A stretch of 55,357 bases of DNA from a virus (lineage: Duplodnaviria > Caudoviricetes), in IMG/VR virus record IMGVR_UViG_3300030110_000758, positions 1 to 55,357 of that record; one strand, 5' to 3'. Position numbers and translations under genes: made by a program. The notes beneath the pieces were generated by a model. The model was not told the origin of the DNA and did not search any database. It worked only from the letters and a program-made list of their open reading frames with translations. This document shows, in pieces, positions 1 to 9,984 of the stretch (positions are counted from its first letter, which is position 1; each line of letters begins with the position of its first letter).

Positions 1-4
1 AAAA

Positions 5-101
5 GTGGTTAAAGGAAAAAGGAAGGCCTACTAAGATGAAACTTATAGCATTCAAAGGTAAGAAAAGGAATACGTAATGCCTTATGAAATAAAAGATGAT
101 G
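5..101. repeat. Terminal overlap, copy 1 (97 bp exact; circular assembly, unit length 55256)
   Basis: 5-101 is identical to 55261-55357 and falls across the endonuclease I / next gene junction. Confidence 0.95.
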
Positions 102-421
102 AGGTAGCAATACTTTTAAGACCTGCAAGCTTTGACGAAAAAGGAGAATGGACAGGTGAGCTAGAGACAGGCCTAGCTTGTGGTGCTATGAAAAAAACTG
201 GTATAGAAACTATGTCACACTTAGTTCACTTAGCTACTTTAATGGGTACGTTTTTAGAGATGGCTCAAGAAGACGAAGTTTTGTATGAAGCCGTAGCAGA
301 CAGAAGAGATTATCTAGTAAGCCTTGAAAAACAAAATGAAACTCTATATGAAACGGTAGAGGGAACTAATGGTAAAGTTGTTAGACTTACTAGATGGACT
401 GAAACGGAAGGTAATGCATGA
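77..421 (+). CDS. Hypothetical phage protein
   Basis: 114-aa ORF; AAGGA SD; TAATG overlap with the endonuclease stop across the circular junction. Confidence 0.8.
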   Translation: MPYEIKDDEVAILLRPASFDEKGEWTGELETGLACGAMKKTGIETMSHLVHLATLMGTFLEMAQEDEVLYEAVADRRDYLVSLEKQNETLYETVEGTNGKVVRLTRWTETEGNA

Positions 422-651
422 CTGATACTGATCCAGTGAATAAACCTATACATTATAATCAAGCTGGTATAGAGTGCATAGATGCAATAGAAGCTATGAC
501 AGAAAACATGTCAGGATATATAGCACCTCAAGCAGCAAACGTATTAAAATATATGTGGCGCTGTGAATACAAAAATGGTTTAGAAGATATAGACAAAGCA
601 ATATGGTATTTACTAAGGATGAAGAAACGTTGGATGGAGTTTCATAAATGA
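418..651 (+). CDS. DUF3310 family protein (T7 gp1.7 / nucleotide kinase-like)
   Basis: DPVNKPIHY..GIECIDAI..NVLKYMWR..KNGLEDIDKAIWYL motifs. Confidence 0.85.
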   Translation: MTDTDPVNKPIHYNQAGIECIDAIEAMTENMSGYIAPQAANVLKYMWRCEYKNGLEDIDKAIWYLLRMKKRWMEFHK

Positions 652-821
652 TAAAGAAAAAGTTTAGTGTTACATTTGTATTAAATATAGAAGAGGATAA
701 TAATATATTTTCTTCTGTAGAGGAAGCACATGAAGATGATGTGTATGACTTAATACATAACACATTTCACGACATAGATGATGTACAATTAGAAAACTTA
801 AACATTAAAGAAAGGTGGTAA
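648..821 (+). CDS. Small acidic hypothetical protein, 57 aa (not in ORF track)
   Basis: MIKKKFSVTFVLNIEEDNN...NIKERW; ATGA overlap with upstream gene; fills the gap to the RNR. Confidence 0.75.
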   Translation: MIKKKFSVTFVLNIEEDNNIFSSVEEAHEDDVYDLIHNTFHDIDDVQLENLNIKERW

Positions 822-823
822 AT

Positions 824-2722
824 ATGGATAATTATTTACCTACAGATTATCAAAGCTTTATACATAAATCTAGGTATGCAAAATACTTTGATAAGACAGG
901 GAGAGAGTCTTGGGGAGATACAGTAGAAAGGTATATGAACAACGTTATTAGACCATTAGCAGGTGACGATTCATATGTAAACAAACTACGTGATGCTATA
1001 TTAAACTTAGAAGTTATGCCCTCTATGAGAGCTATGATGACAGCAGGTGCTGCACTGAACAGAGACAACACTGCAGGGTACAACTGTAGTTACTTACCCG
1101 TAGATGACCCTAAGTCCTTTGATGAGGCTATGTTCATCCTCCTCTGTGGTACTGGTGTTGGGTTCAGTGTTGAGAGGCAGTACATCAGTAAGCTCCCTGA
1201 AGTCCCTACTCTCTTCGTGAGCGATACCACTATCGTTGTAAAGGACAGCAAGGAGGGATGGGCTAAGTCGTTTAGACAATTGTTGGCACTCCTTTGGGCT
1301 GGCGAGATACCTAAGTGGGATATCTCTCGTGTACGTCCTGCAGGTGCAAGACTTAAAACCTTTGGTGGCAGGGCGTCAGGGCCAGGTCCACTCGTTGATC
1401 TATTTAATTTTTGCATACACACATTTAAACAAGCAGAGCTACGTAAGTTGACCAGCTTAGAGTGTCACGACATTATGTGTAAGATAGGTGAAGTTATTGT
1501 TATGGGTGGCGTAAGACGCAGCGCTATGATATCTTTGAGTAACCTTAGTGATGAACGTATGCGTCACGCTAAAGCAGGTGATTGGTGGGTAAACACAGGA
1601 CATAGAGCACTAGCTAATAACTCTGTAGCGTACACTGAAAAGCCTGAGATGGAAACCTTTATGCGTGAATGGCTTGCGTTAGTTGAGAGTAAATCAGGGG
1701 AGAGAGGAATATTTAATCGTGAAGCATCTAAAAAACAAGCTGCAAAAAATGACAGGCGAGATCCATACTATGACTTTGGAACGAACCCATGTTCTGAGAT
1801 CATACTTAGGCCGTATCAGTTCTGTAATCTTACTGAAGTTGTGGTTAGGTCTACAGATACTATTGAAGATCTTGAACGAAAAGTCCGTATGGCAACAATT
1901 TTGGGAACTATCCAGTCCACCTACACTAAGTTCCCTTACTTGCGGAAAGTGTGGCAAAGAAATACAGAAGAGGAGAGGTTGTTGGGAGTGTCACTAACAG
2001 GCATTATGGACAACAGATTACTCACTAATGAAAATAGAGGTTTAGATAAGACACTGGAGCACCTAAAAGATGTCGCTATTATCACTAATTCTGAATGGTC
2101 TAGCCGTTTGGACATACCCCAAGCTACTGCAATTAGCTGCGTCAAACCGTCAGGGACAGTCTCCCAGTTGGTTGACAGTGCCTCTGGTATACACCCTCGC
2201 CACAGTCCATACTATATCCGTACTGTACGTGGTGATATTAACGATCCTCTCACCAAGTTAATGATGGATCAAGGTATACCTAGTGAGCCTTGTGTTATGA
2301 AACCTGATAGTACAGTAGTGTTTAGTTTTCCTGTTAAGTCGCCAACAAGTGCAGTGACTAGAGATGATATGTCTGCTATAGAACAACTAGAACTATGGCT
2401 CATGTATCAAAGACATTGGTGTGAGCACAAACCTAGTATTACTTGTACAGTTAGAGAACACGAGTGGATGGCTGTAGGTGCATTTGTTTACGAACATTTT
2501 GACGAGATGTCAGGTGTATCTTTTTTACCACACTCTGATCATACTTATCAACAAGCACCATATCAGGATTGCACTAAAGATGAATATAAGTTACTATTAA
2601 GTTCGATGCCAGAAAAGATAGATTGGTCTAAACTTTCTGAGTACGAACAAGAAGACAACACTTTGGGTACGCAAACTCTAGCTTGCACTGGTGATGTGTG
2701 TGAAGTAGTAGACATAACATAA
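824..2722 (+). CDS. nrdJ: Class II (adenosylcobalamin-dependent) ribonucleotide reductase
   Basis: MPSMRA, YNCSY, GTGVGFS, GGVRRSA, TNPCSEI catalytic loop, VKPSGT, C-terminal CTGDVC; no NrdB partner; start moved to ATG 824. Confidence 0.92.
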   Translation: MDNYLPTDYQSFIHKSRYAKYFDKTGRESWGDTVERYMNNVIRPLAGDDSYVNKLRDAILNLEVMPSMRAMMTAGAALNRDNTAGYNCSYLPVDDPKSFDEAMFILLCGTGVGFSVERQYISKLPEVPTLFVSDTTIVVKDSKEGWAKSFRQLLALLWAGEIPKWDISRVRPAGARLKTFGGRASGPGPLVDLFNFCIHTFKQAELRKLTSLECHDIMCKIGEVIVMGGVRRSAMISLSNLSDERMRHAKAGDWWVNTGHRALANNSVAYTEKPEMETFMREWLALVESKSGERGIFNREASKKQAAKNDRRDPYYDFGTNPCSEIILRPYQFCNLTEVVVRSTDTIEDLERKVRMATILGTIQSTYTKFPYLRKVWQRNTEEERLLGVSLTGIMDNRLLTNENRGLDKTLEHLKDVAIITNSEWSSRLDIPQATAISCVKPSGTVSQLVDSASGIHPRHSPYYIRTVRGDINDPLTKLMMDQGIPSEPCVMKPDSTVVFSFPVKSPTSAVTRDDMSAIEQLELWLMYQRHWCEHKPSITCTVREHEWMAVGAFVYEHFDEMSGVSFLPHSDHTYQQAPYQDCTKDEYKLLLSSMPEKIDWSKLSEYEQEDNTLGTQTLACTGDVCEVVDIT

Positions 2723-2734
2723 AGGAGAACGTCT

Positions 2735-2911
2735 ATGGTATTAGAATTTTTAGCGGTGGCAGTAATCGGAATTGGTATTATTCAAGAAGTAATTGTACCT
2801 GTGGGAACTTACACTATTGATGCGGCAGCACCTTACGTTGAACAAGGTATTGATACAGCAAAACCTTACGTTGAAAAAAGTATTGATACTGTAAAAGGCA
2901 TTGTTAATTGA
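2735..2911 (+). CDS. Small membrane-anchored protein with 11-aa repeats, 58 aa (not in ORF track)
   Basis: AAGGAG SD; hydrophobic N-terminus MVLEFLAVAVIGIGII followed by IDAAAPYVEQG/IDTAKPYVEKS/IDTVK. Confidence 0.75.
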   Translation: MVLEFLAVAVIGIGIIQEVIVPVGTYTIDAAAPYVEQGIDTAKPYVEKSIDTVKGIVN

Positions 2912-3099
2912 AGTGGATACTGATATTCATAATGTTCAATAACGGTGTGCACTACGCTCAAAGTCAGCCACAAATGTATAATAATTATGGTCAGTGTAAA
3001 GCTGCGGCTGATGAGTTGAAAGAAAAACTAGATGGTAGTAAACCAAATGATAGTGCATACGTTTTGTCTTTTTGTGTATCGTTACCAACCAATGCCTAA
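2908..3099 (+). CDS. Small exported two-Cys protein (paralog of 38158-38355)
   Basis: TTGA overlap; MKWILIFIMF N-terminus; YxxxxxC...SKP...VLxxCV. Confidence 0.75.
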   Translation: MKWILIFIMFNNGVHYAQSQPQMYNNYGQCKAAADELKEKLDGSKPNDSAYVLSFCVSLPTNA

Positions 3100-3232
3100 A
3101 ACAAACTTAGAAGAGGAGGCAAAAAAGTTTCTTAATCTGAGAAAGAAAGAGACTAATCCAGAGGAGTTGCGTAAAGAGTTAATAGTTATGCTAGAACGTT
3201 TTGTAGAACAGCTAAAAAGGAAGGGGCCGTAG
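3092..3232 (+). CDS. Small hypothetical protein, 46 aa
   Basis: ATG 3092 (MPKTNLEEEAKKF) overlaps the upstream gene end; last gene of the + arm. Confidence 0.6.
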   Translation: MPKTNLEEEAKKFLNLRKKETNPEELRKELIVMLERFVEQLKRKGP

Positions 3233-3244
3233 TGGCCCCTTTTT
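3221..3244 (+). terminator. Intrinsic terminator at the convergence of the two arms (possibly bidirectional)
   Basis: AAGGGGCC-GTAGT-GGCCCCTT followed by further T; A-rich upstream flank. Confidence 0.8.
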
Positions 3245-3247
3245 ACT

Positions 3248-6200
3248 TTAAAAGTTTGTTTCGTCTAAGTATTTTAGATGATCAATGTAAGAGTTATATA
3301 CCTGCAACTCTCTATAACTATAATCTTCTAACTTAGCTGTTACCCCAAACTTATCTCTCATGTATTTCCTAGCTTTAGATTGTTGATCTTTTGAGCCTTT
3401 TGTAGAAGCTTTGTATCTTTGTCTTTGTAAAAAGTTTGTGCCTGATGTAGCATCTAAGTATTCTCTGGTGATATTACGAGCTTTCTTCATAACATCTTTA
3501 ACCATACCTCTTCGCTGTCCTACATCAGCTTTTTTAAATCTAGCACTTTCAACTAGCTTTTGCATTTTAACTTCAAGCATAGGTGCTATAGCTGAGTTAA
3601 ACACCCTATCATATTGGGTCATTTTAGTTCTACTATCTGCAGTCCACGTTTTCATTTCTGCCATAGAATACACTTGTTCTGCTGCAGTTTTACCTCTCTT
3701 TACAGTCAAGCCAAAGATACGAGCAAGCGGGTTAGCATCATACAAGTCTCCTGCACGAGTTGCCACCCTTAGTTTTTCTCCAGTTATGTTATCTGTTTCG
3801 TCAATAAAAGCCTCAAGTATATTATCAAAATACTTAGTAGCTTGTTGAGTAAATACAGCACCACCACGAGCCTGTCTTGGATCTTTAATTGTGTCTGTCT
3901 CAAACATAAAACCTACAGCACGATTAGCTGCATCTAGAGGTCTTGCAAAACCAGCAACTATACCACCACTTGATTTATATATTGCCTCTAGCATAGCAGA
4001 AACATTTGCTTCTGTTCCTCTATCAGAATTAAATATTACATCAAACACATTATAAAGATCATTACCAAACTGTGCATCTCTTGCAAGTTGTCCTACTGCA
4101 AGTTGTTGTGTAATATCTTCTATGTTTTCTCTTCCTACTCTTTCGCCTTTTCTTGCTAAGTTTGCAGCCCTACCAACAGCTAAAAACATAGAGTAAGGAA
4201 ATATATTACGGACATCAACAACCGTACCACCACCTACTTCAACTTCATTGTAGGCTAGTCCCTTTTGCTCCTGTTTTTCTGAGTGCAGTATAGCCATACC
4301 CAATGCTGCTGTGCCTACTATAGAACGTGATAGTGCCTCTTGAGCTTTGATACCCTCTCCTTTTGCAATCCTTGAAGCAGCAGGTAAAAAACTAAGAGGT
4401 GACCATTGATAAGCTGTAGCTACCACGTTATTAAAAAATCTACCAAAAGGTAATATAGTTCCTAAACCTGGTGCGTTTGAAAACTGCTCTACTATTTTAG
4501 CTACACCTGCAAGTGCTTGATCATTTGTAGTGTAATCTTTTGAAAATACAGAACGCATAGTAGTATCTAATGCACCACCTATGACATCATCATCTATTAC
4601 TTCTAAATCTCCCTTTTTTAAAACATCAGTTAGTGTTCTTCCCTCATACTTTAATCTTAAATATTTATCCATCTCTGTCATAAACATAGTAGATTTTGTA
4701 AAACTATCTTGTATACGAACACCAGTAATATCCATGGCAGCTTTAGTAAAGTTTTCTACACCATACTTGCCGTAGATTATGGTGTTGTTTTCATCTATAC
4801 CGTAACGCTTAGAGCTACGCTCAACAGCAGCACCAATAGTTTCGTGCAGTAAACCTTTTACATCTTTATGCTTATTTAAAAAATCCATGTACGCATCATG
4901 TGTAGTAAAAGGATCTAATAAGTTTAGCATTTTTTGTGCTTGTATTTGCTTATACACACCTGCTTTTCTTATAAGCTCTCTACCTTCTTTTGTTTTTTTT
5001 CCACCGTGTAATAGCGTAGCGCTAATAGATAACATACCACCACTTAAAATATCTGATACTGTTTGGCCTACATAAAACTGACCAAAGCCCATAACGTTTG
5101 CTGCAGTGGTTGCAGGTGAAGACACAAGTAAACGTTTCCAAACACTTTGTCCATACGTAAATGGCTTTGCCTTTCTTGCTAATGCACCTTTCTTAAACTC
5201 GCTTTCTAAAGTGTCTCTAACAGCTTTACTATTTAGAGAGTCCGTAAGTATTTCATTACCAGCTACAACACCGCCATCTATAGCGCGTCTAAATTGAGAC
5301 ATAACAGAAAGTGTGCCACCTGCTCTGCTAATCTCTCTAGCCATCACATCTCCTATGTCAACAGCTAGACCATCTAAATCTCCTAAGTGTATGTTAGACA
5401 CATCGTACATAGTTTCTGATAGATCCTGTAAATAATCATCATCCATGTGTCTTATGATGTTAGTTGCCATGTCTGACACGGTTGTATTACGTTTTAGTTT
5501 CATACCGTTGTCAATAAATATTTTCTGTAGCCCACCTTTACCGTCAGCACCAAACAGTATTTCGTGCAGCATACCCTCTGGCATTGCATCGTTACCTAGC
5601 TTGTATGTACCACGCTCTACTTTAGATGCCCAAGAATCTAAGTTTTCTTTCATAAGTTTCTCTGCTTGCTTTTGTGCGGAGTCACTCAAAATCTTAGGAC
5701 CAATAGTTTTCTTTTTAAGTTCTCTAATTCTATTCTCTATAGTTTTTATCTCTGCCTTTGGGGCTTTAGCATCTTTAAGTTTTTTTAATTGATCTTGTAA
5801 ATTATTTATTGCCCTGAGTGGCTGCTCTTTGGCACGAGATGCAGCATTAAGCTCTTTTATACCAGCACCTAATCCTGACGTACCCTCAAACTTTCCAAAG
5901 ACATAGTGCAACCCACCACCGACACCTCCAAGTAAAGTAGAAAATGCAGTGTCAAGAGGATTATATTTATCTTGTGCTCCTACATCGAGATATACATTTT
6001 GTATTGCATCTGCTTGTACACCTGCAAACAAAGCATCGTAAGCAGTAGTATAAGCTACGGCTCTTTTGCCACGTTTTTTAAACTCTTCTTTTATAAAATC
6101 ATCTGCACCTTTAGATGCAGCTTTTGATACAGCTATTCTGTATGCTTCTTTTGCAGCTTGTTCTGACTGCTTTGCTATAGCTTCTTTCTTAGCACTATTA

Positions 6201-6856
6201 GCTATCATCTTTTGCGACATAGCTTCACCAGCTTCTTTTGCAGCTTTCTGTGCAACTTCTTTAGTAGCACCAGATCGTGCAGCTTTCATAGCGGCATTTG
6301 ATGCAGACTTTTTAACTAATGCTCTACTAGATTGATTAATGCCAACAGCCGCAGCTTTACCGTACCCACCAGTAAAAACACCTAAGTAATTTGTAGGATC
6401 AGTAACTGCAGAGTAAACATAGTCTCGCACACCATCTACTGCACCAAAGAAACCATCATTAACAAACACATTACCTAAACTATCATATAACTTATACGCT
6501 TCGTTAGCCGCTTGTTTATCTTCTTCAGACCCACGAGAGACAAACATAACCTCTCCTGCAGTAGATATCGCATTACTATTAAAGTAGCGCATGTGATCCA
6601 CAAAGTCTTCTACTACCTTTTCAGGTTCAGCAGTTTTGTAATTTACGCCTTTACTTCTAGCCATGTAGTTTCTTATTGTGTTAAGGTTTTTAAAGTTATA
6701 TAAATCTTTCTTTTTTAGCCTGTCTCCTTCAGGTATATTGCTTTCGTAATTACTCGCATCAATAGTTGTAGGTCCAGTGGTAGCACCTCTGTCCTTCTTA
6801 AAGTAACCTTCTTGTTGAAGTTTTTTAAACTCATCGTATGTTATAGGTTGTGTCAT
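3248..6856 (-). CDS. Large internal virion / DNA ejection protein
   Basis: 1202 aa, Ala/Lys-rich helical with Gly-rich hydrophobic segments; last gene of the structural arm (T7 gp16-like position). Confidence 0.65.
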   Translation of the reverse strand: MTQPITYDEFKKLQQEGYFKKDRGATTGPTTIDASNYESNIPEGDRLKKKDLYNFKNLNTIRNYMARSKGVNYKTAEPEKVVEDFVDHMRYFNSNAISTAGEVMFVSRGSEEDKQAANEAYKLYDSLGNVFVNDGFFGAVDGVRDYVYSAVTDPTNYLGVFTGGYGKAAAVGINQSSRALVKKSASNAAMKAARSGATKEVAQKAAKEAGEAMSQKMIANSAKKEAIAKQSEQAAKEAYRIAVSKAASKGADDFIKEEFKKRGKRAVAYTTAYDALFAGVQADAIQNVYLDVGAQDKYNPLDTAFSTLLGGVGGGLHYVFGKFEGTSGLGAGIKELNAASRAKEQPLRAINNLQDQLKKLKDAKAPKAEIKTIENRIRELKKKTIGPKILSDSAQKQAEKLMKENLDSWASKVERGTYKLGNDAMPEGMLHEILFGADGKGGLQKIFIDNGMKLKRNTTVSDMATNIIRHMDDDYLQDLSETMYDVSNIHLGDLDGLAVDIGDVMAREISRAGGTLSVMSQFRRAIDGGVVAGNEILTDSLNSKAVRDTLESEFKKGALARKAKPFTYGQSVWKRLLVSSPATTAANVMGFGQFYVGQTVSDILSGGMLSISATLLHGGKKTKEGRELIRKAGVYKQIQAQKMLNLLDPFTTHDAYMDFLNKHKDVKGLLHETIGAAVERSSKRYGIDENNTIIYGKYGVENFTKAAMDITGVRIQDSFTKSTMFMTEMDKYLRLKYEGRTLTDVLKKGDLEVIDDDVIGGALDTTMRSVFSKDYTTNDQALAGVAKIVEQFSNAPGLGTILPFGRFFNNVVATAYQWSPLSFLPAASRIAKGEGIKAQEALSRSIVGTAALGMAILHSEKQEQKGLAYNEVEVGGGTVVDVRNIFPYSMFLAVGRAANLARKGERVGRENIEDITQQLAVGQLARDAQFGNDLYNVFDVIFNSDRGTEANVSAMLEAIYKSSGGIVAGFARPLDAANRAVGFMFETDTIKDPRQARGGAVFTQQATKYFDNILEAFIDETDNITGEKLRVATRAGDLYDANPLARIFGLTVKRGKTAAEQVYSMAEMKTWTADSRTKMTQYDRVFNSAIAPMLEVKMQKLVESARFKKADVGQRRGMVKDVMKKARNITREYLDATSGTNFLQRQRYKASTKGSKDQQSKARKYMRDKFGVTAKLEDYSYRELQVYNSYIDHLKYLDETNF

Positions 6857-7452
6857 GTATATCCACCTAGCCTTTTAAGAGTTGGGCCTTTCACAATAAG
6901 CTTAACCATTTTGGCATAATTAGGATCTGTTGCATAACCAGATTTTCCCAAAGCTTTTATTTGTTCATCTAGTGTTCTAGCTTTTAAAAAATATTTATAT
7001 CTAGGGTTAGTTTGTAAAAACTTTCCATAATCTTTTACACTTTCTTCTAAGCTACTATAAGATCTAAAACTATCCCACATTTTAATTCTTTTATTATTTA
7101 TAACTTCATGTGTAATAAAAGATATACCAGGTTTACCGTGTGCTTTTATACCAAAGAAGCTGTTACCTTTTACTTTAGAACCCCATCCTGTTTCAATAGC
7201 GCTTTGTGCTATTATAATACGTTCATCTATACCTATCTCATCAGATAGTTTTTTTGCTAGGGGTTTTAAAGTAGATACAAACTCTTCCTTAGTTTTAAAA
7301 GGACCAGAGTGTACTGATTGTTCTATTTCATATGCACTATGTGATTCTAATACAGGGGCATGGTCTTTATAACTTACGTCCATCATAAGTCCAGTGCCTG
7401 TAAACAAACCTATACTAAATACTAAAGGATACGTCATTAAGTGTCTTACCAT
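6853..7452 (-). CDS. GH73 (FlgJ-like) glucosaminidase/muramidase, candidate endolysin with N-terminal signal anchor
   Basis: IIAQSAIETGWG, NSFFGIKA, FRSYSSLEESVKDY, GYATDPNYA; hydrophobic N-terminus YPLVFSIGLFTGTGLM. Confidence 0.88.
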   Translation of the reverse strand: MVRHLMTYPLVFSIGLFTGTGLMMDVSYKDHAPVLESHSAYEIEQSVHSGPFKTKEEFVSTLKPLAKKLSDEIGIDERIIIAQSAIETGWGSKVKGNSFFGIKAHGKPGISFITHEVINNKRIKMWDSFRSYSSLEESVKDYGKFLQTNPRYKYFLKARTLDEQIKALGKSGYATDPNYAKMVKLIVKGPTLKRLGGYT

Positions 7453-7474
7453 TTTTTTATACTCGCTCTTATTG

Positions 7475-7503
7475 ACCTTATACTATTTTTATATTTTTGT
7501 CAA
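7475..7503 (-). promoter_or_regulatory. Internal sigma70-like promoter upstream of the GH73 gene
   Basis: TTGACA-N17-TAAGGT filling the 51-bp intergenic gap. Confidence 0.5.
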
Positions 7504-9297
7504 CTAGTTTTCTAAATAGTAATCTACACCTGCTTGACCTCCCTCCATTTCAATAATAGCTTCCATAACTGTATTTACTTTACCCATAGGTATTTTACCA
7601 TCAGGCGGTATTCCTATTTTATTAGATATAAAACTAATGTATGCATCGGTATCATTCTCGCTAGGAGGCGCATACTTAGTAATAAACTCTCTCAAAGTTT
7701 TTCCTCTAGTTTGTGTATCTAATATTATTTGTTTACGTAAAGCGCGTAGTCCAGCTTCTTTAGTTTCAAATTTAGCAAATCCAGCTTCCCCCTCTACTGC
7801 ACCCTTTTGTCCTGCCATTCTTAAATTACCTGGATTATTGTTACGAACAGATAAAGGACCAGCACCTGTAGGCTCTGGACTAAAATCTACATCCTCTGTA
7901 TCTGTTATACTTGATTCTATTTCTATTGGTGCTGCACCTTTTATTGATCCATCAGGATTATGTGTATCCCCAAATAAATTATCCCAGCTTTCTTTAGTTA
8001 GTGATCTAGCTAGTTCAGCTTGAGTATATCTTCCTTTAATGATATCCGCTGCCTCTTTGCCGCCTACGTTAAGTCTCCTAAAAAACGGAGGGTCTTTTTC
8101 TGGTCTTGGCGGTACATCTGTTCTAGGTCTTAACAATTCACCTTCGTCTGCTTGTATAAATGCACTGTCAACTGTTCTAGTTGTACCTGCAGTTATATTA
8201 CCGCCATATGTAATATCTTGTATTGTACCATCTGCTACTAAATCACGAAATACATTTTCAACGTCTGCGTCTAAAATATCCCTACCACCTATCTTACCTG
8301 ATAAAGGCATACCATCTATGTCAAACGTAAACATAACACGTTCACCTGTTTCTGTAGTGCCTTGTGCAGTTGCCCCACCATCTGCTGCCATAGCTCCAAA
8401 TATTTTGTTAGCAGTTTCCATATCAGGTAACACAGTTTTTAATTCATTAAATCTATTTGGAAGAAGAGTTTCTAAACCATACAACTTTCTATCATTTATA
8501 AAATTTATACCATAATCTCTAGTGTATGCTTCTATAATAGGATATAAAGAGTTTTCCATCATCTTTACTGCTGCATCAGGGTCTGTTAACTTTAACTCGT
8601 CATATACATTATCTTCCTGTACTTGTTTTTTTGTTACTGCAATAGCCCTATTAAAATCATCAAGCACATCAGGAGCACTATAAGTTTTTCCTGGGGTAAG
8701 TCTAAAATATGTATTAGGCACTAGACTATTGTACGTATCTTGTGCAGCTAGTTCGTTTAGATCCATGATAGAGTAACCATTGTAACGAGCCTCTCTGTCT
8801 AAATCTGCACGTACTTGATCTTGCAAGCCAAAGCCCAGCGCCTTAGACAAAAAGTTTCTATTAGGATCTTTGATACTTCCTATGTCAGGTTTAGTTAAAC
8901 CATACGTTCGACTTATAAACTCATGCAGTGACATATCACCACCTTCAAATGTATCGGGCATGTCAACAACTGCATCTATTTCTAACTTAGTTAGCCTATC
9001 TTTATTCATACTTTTAGCGGCACTGTCTAGTGCTTCATAAAATTCCAGTATAGTCTCTGGACCATTAGCTACTGCAGCTTTTATTTGCATATCTGTAGCA
9101 CCTAATCTTTTTAAGTTGTTAACAGTAGGCATAAGAGTATTGTTAACAACGCCTAATCTTTTTTGAAACGTGGCTTTACTACGTTCAAATTCTTCCTTTT
9201 GTTTGTCTTCGTATGCTTGTGCTCTCGCAACACGCTCATTAATGTTCTTAGCGGTTTCATTCATAAACCCTGTAGCAAAAGCTTTCCAATTAGCCAT
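7504..9297 (-). CDS. Internal virion protein with C-terminal lysozyme-like domain
   Basis: C-terminal RNNNPGNLR..FAKFET..TKYAPPSENDTDAY..IEMEG, typical of virion-associated muralytic domains. Confidence 0.7.
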   Translation of the reverse strand: MANWKAFATGFMNETAKNINERVARAQAYEDKQKEEFERSKATFQKRLGVVNNTLMPTVNNLKRLGATDMQIKAAVANGPETILEFYEALDSAAKSMNKDRLTKLEIDAVVDMPDTFEGGDMSLHEFISRTYGLTKPDIGSIKDPNRNFLSKALGFGLQDQVRADLDREARYNGYSIMDLNELAAQDTYNSLVPNTYFRLTPGKTYSAPDVLDDFNRAIAVTKKQVQEDNVYDELKLTDPDAAVKMMENSLYPIIEAYTRDYGINFINDRKLYGLETLLPNRFNELKTVLPDMETANKIFGAMAADGGATAQGTTETGERVMFTFDIDGMPLSGKIGGRDILDADVENVFRDLVADGTIQDITYGGNITAGTTRTVDSAFIQADEGELLRPRTDVPPRPEKDPPFFRRLNVGGKEAADIIKGRYTQAELARSLTKESWDNLFGDTHNPDGSIKGAAPIEIESSITDTEDVDFSPEPTGAGPLSVRNNNPGNLRMAGQKGAVEGEAGFAKFETKEAGLRALRKQIILDTQTRGKTLREFITKYAPPSENDTDAYISFISNKIGIPPDGKIPMGKVNTVMEAIIEMEGGQAGVDYYLEN

Positions 9298-9303
9298 AGT
9301 AAT

Positions 9304-9975
9304 TTACCCTCTTGCCATTAGACCACGGCCCTGCACTGCTTGCTCTGGCGGTAGTTCTTCTTGTTGTTGCGATTCTTCTACGTTTGGATTTTGTTCATCT
9401 TCTACGGGTTCATCCATAGGTACATCAGCTTCAGGCTCTTTATCTTCTATGTTCTCTTCAGGTGCAGTATCGGCTGCTTCTGCTCTAGATAAATCGCTTC
9501 TAGTGTATTCTGCCATATCTCTAAGTAACTCTGTACCTTCGTCTACCATGTCTTGTTCTTCTGCTCTATTTATGGCTGCATCAAGTAGCATAGTAACTCT
9601 GGCACGTTCCTTTTGTAACATTTCTTTTTTAGGATCACGATTAGAAAACTTATATTCTATATCGTAGCTATCTGCTACAGCAGCAAAATATTCCATAAGT
9701 GCTGGAGCAATCAATAAACCTACATCTAAACTATGCACACCTTTCATAACACTAGATGTGTAAAGAGCCTCTACTAAGGGTTTAATAGGAACACCTGATT
9801 GTATAGCAACTAGTATATCATCCAGCGTGTCTTGGTTTGAAAGCTGCGTCATATAAAAACTTAGTGATTCCTCTACACTACTAAGTTGTGGAGGACGCTC
9901 CCAAGGACGATCTCCTGTAGCGTGTGTTGCTAAAGAGTTTCCTGGTAGTGCGCCATTAAATACTGATGCTGCCAT
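9304..9975 (-). CDS. Virion-module protein, unknown function
   Basis: 223 aa; PGNSL..PWERPPQ; acidic tail ending GRGLMARG. Confidence 0.7.
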   Translation of the reverse strand: MAASVFNGALPGNSLATHATGDRPWERPPQLSSVEESLSFYMTQLSNQDTLDDILVAIQSGVPIKPLVEALYTSSVMKGVHSLDVGLLIAPALMEYFAAVADSYDIEYKFSNRDPKKEMLQKERARVTMLLDAAINRAEEQDMVDEGTELLRDMAEYTRSDLSRAEAADTAPEENIEDKEPEADVPMDEPVEDEQNPNVEESQQQEELPPEQAVQGRGLMARG

Positions 9976-9984
9976 TTTATTTTC

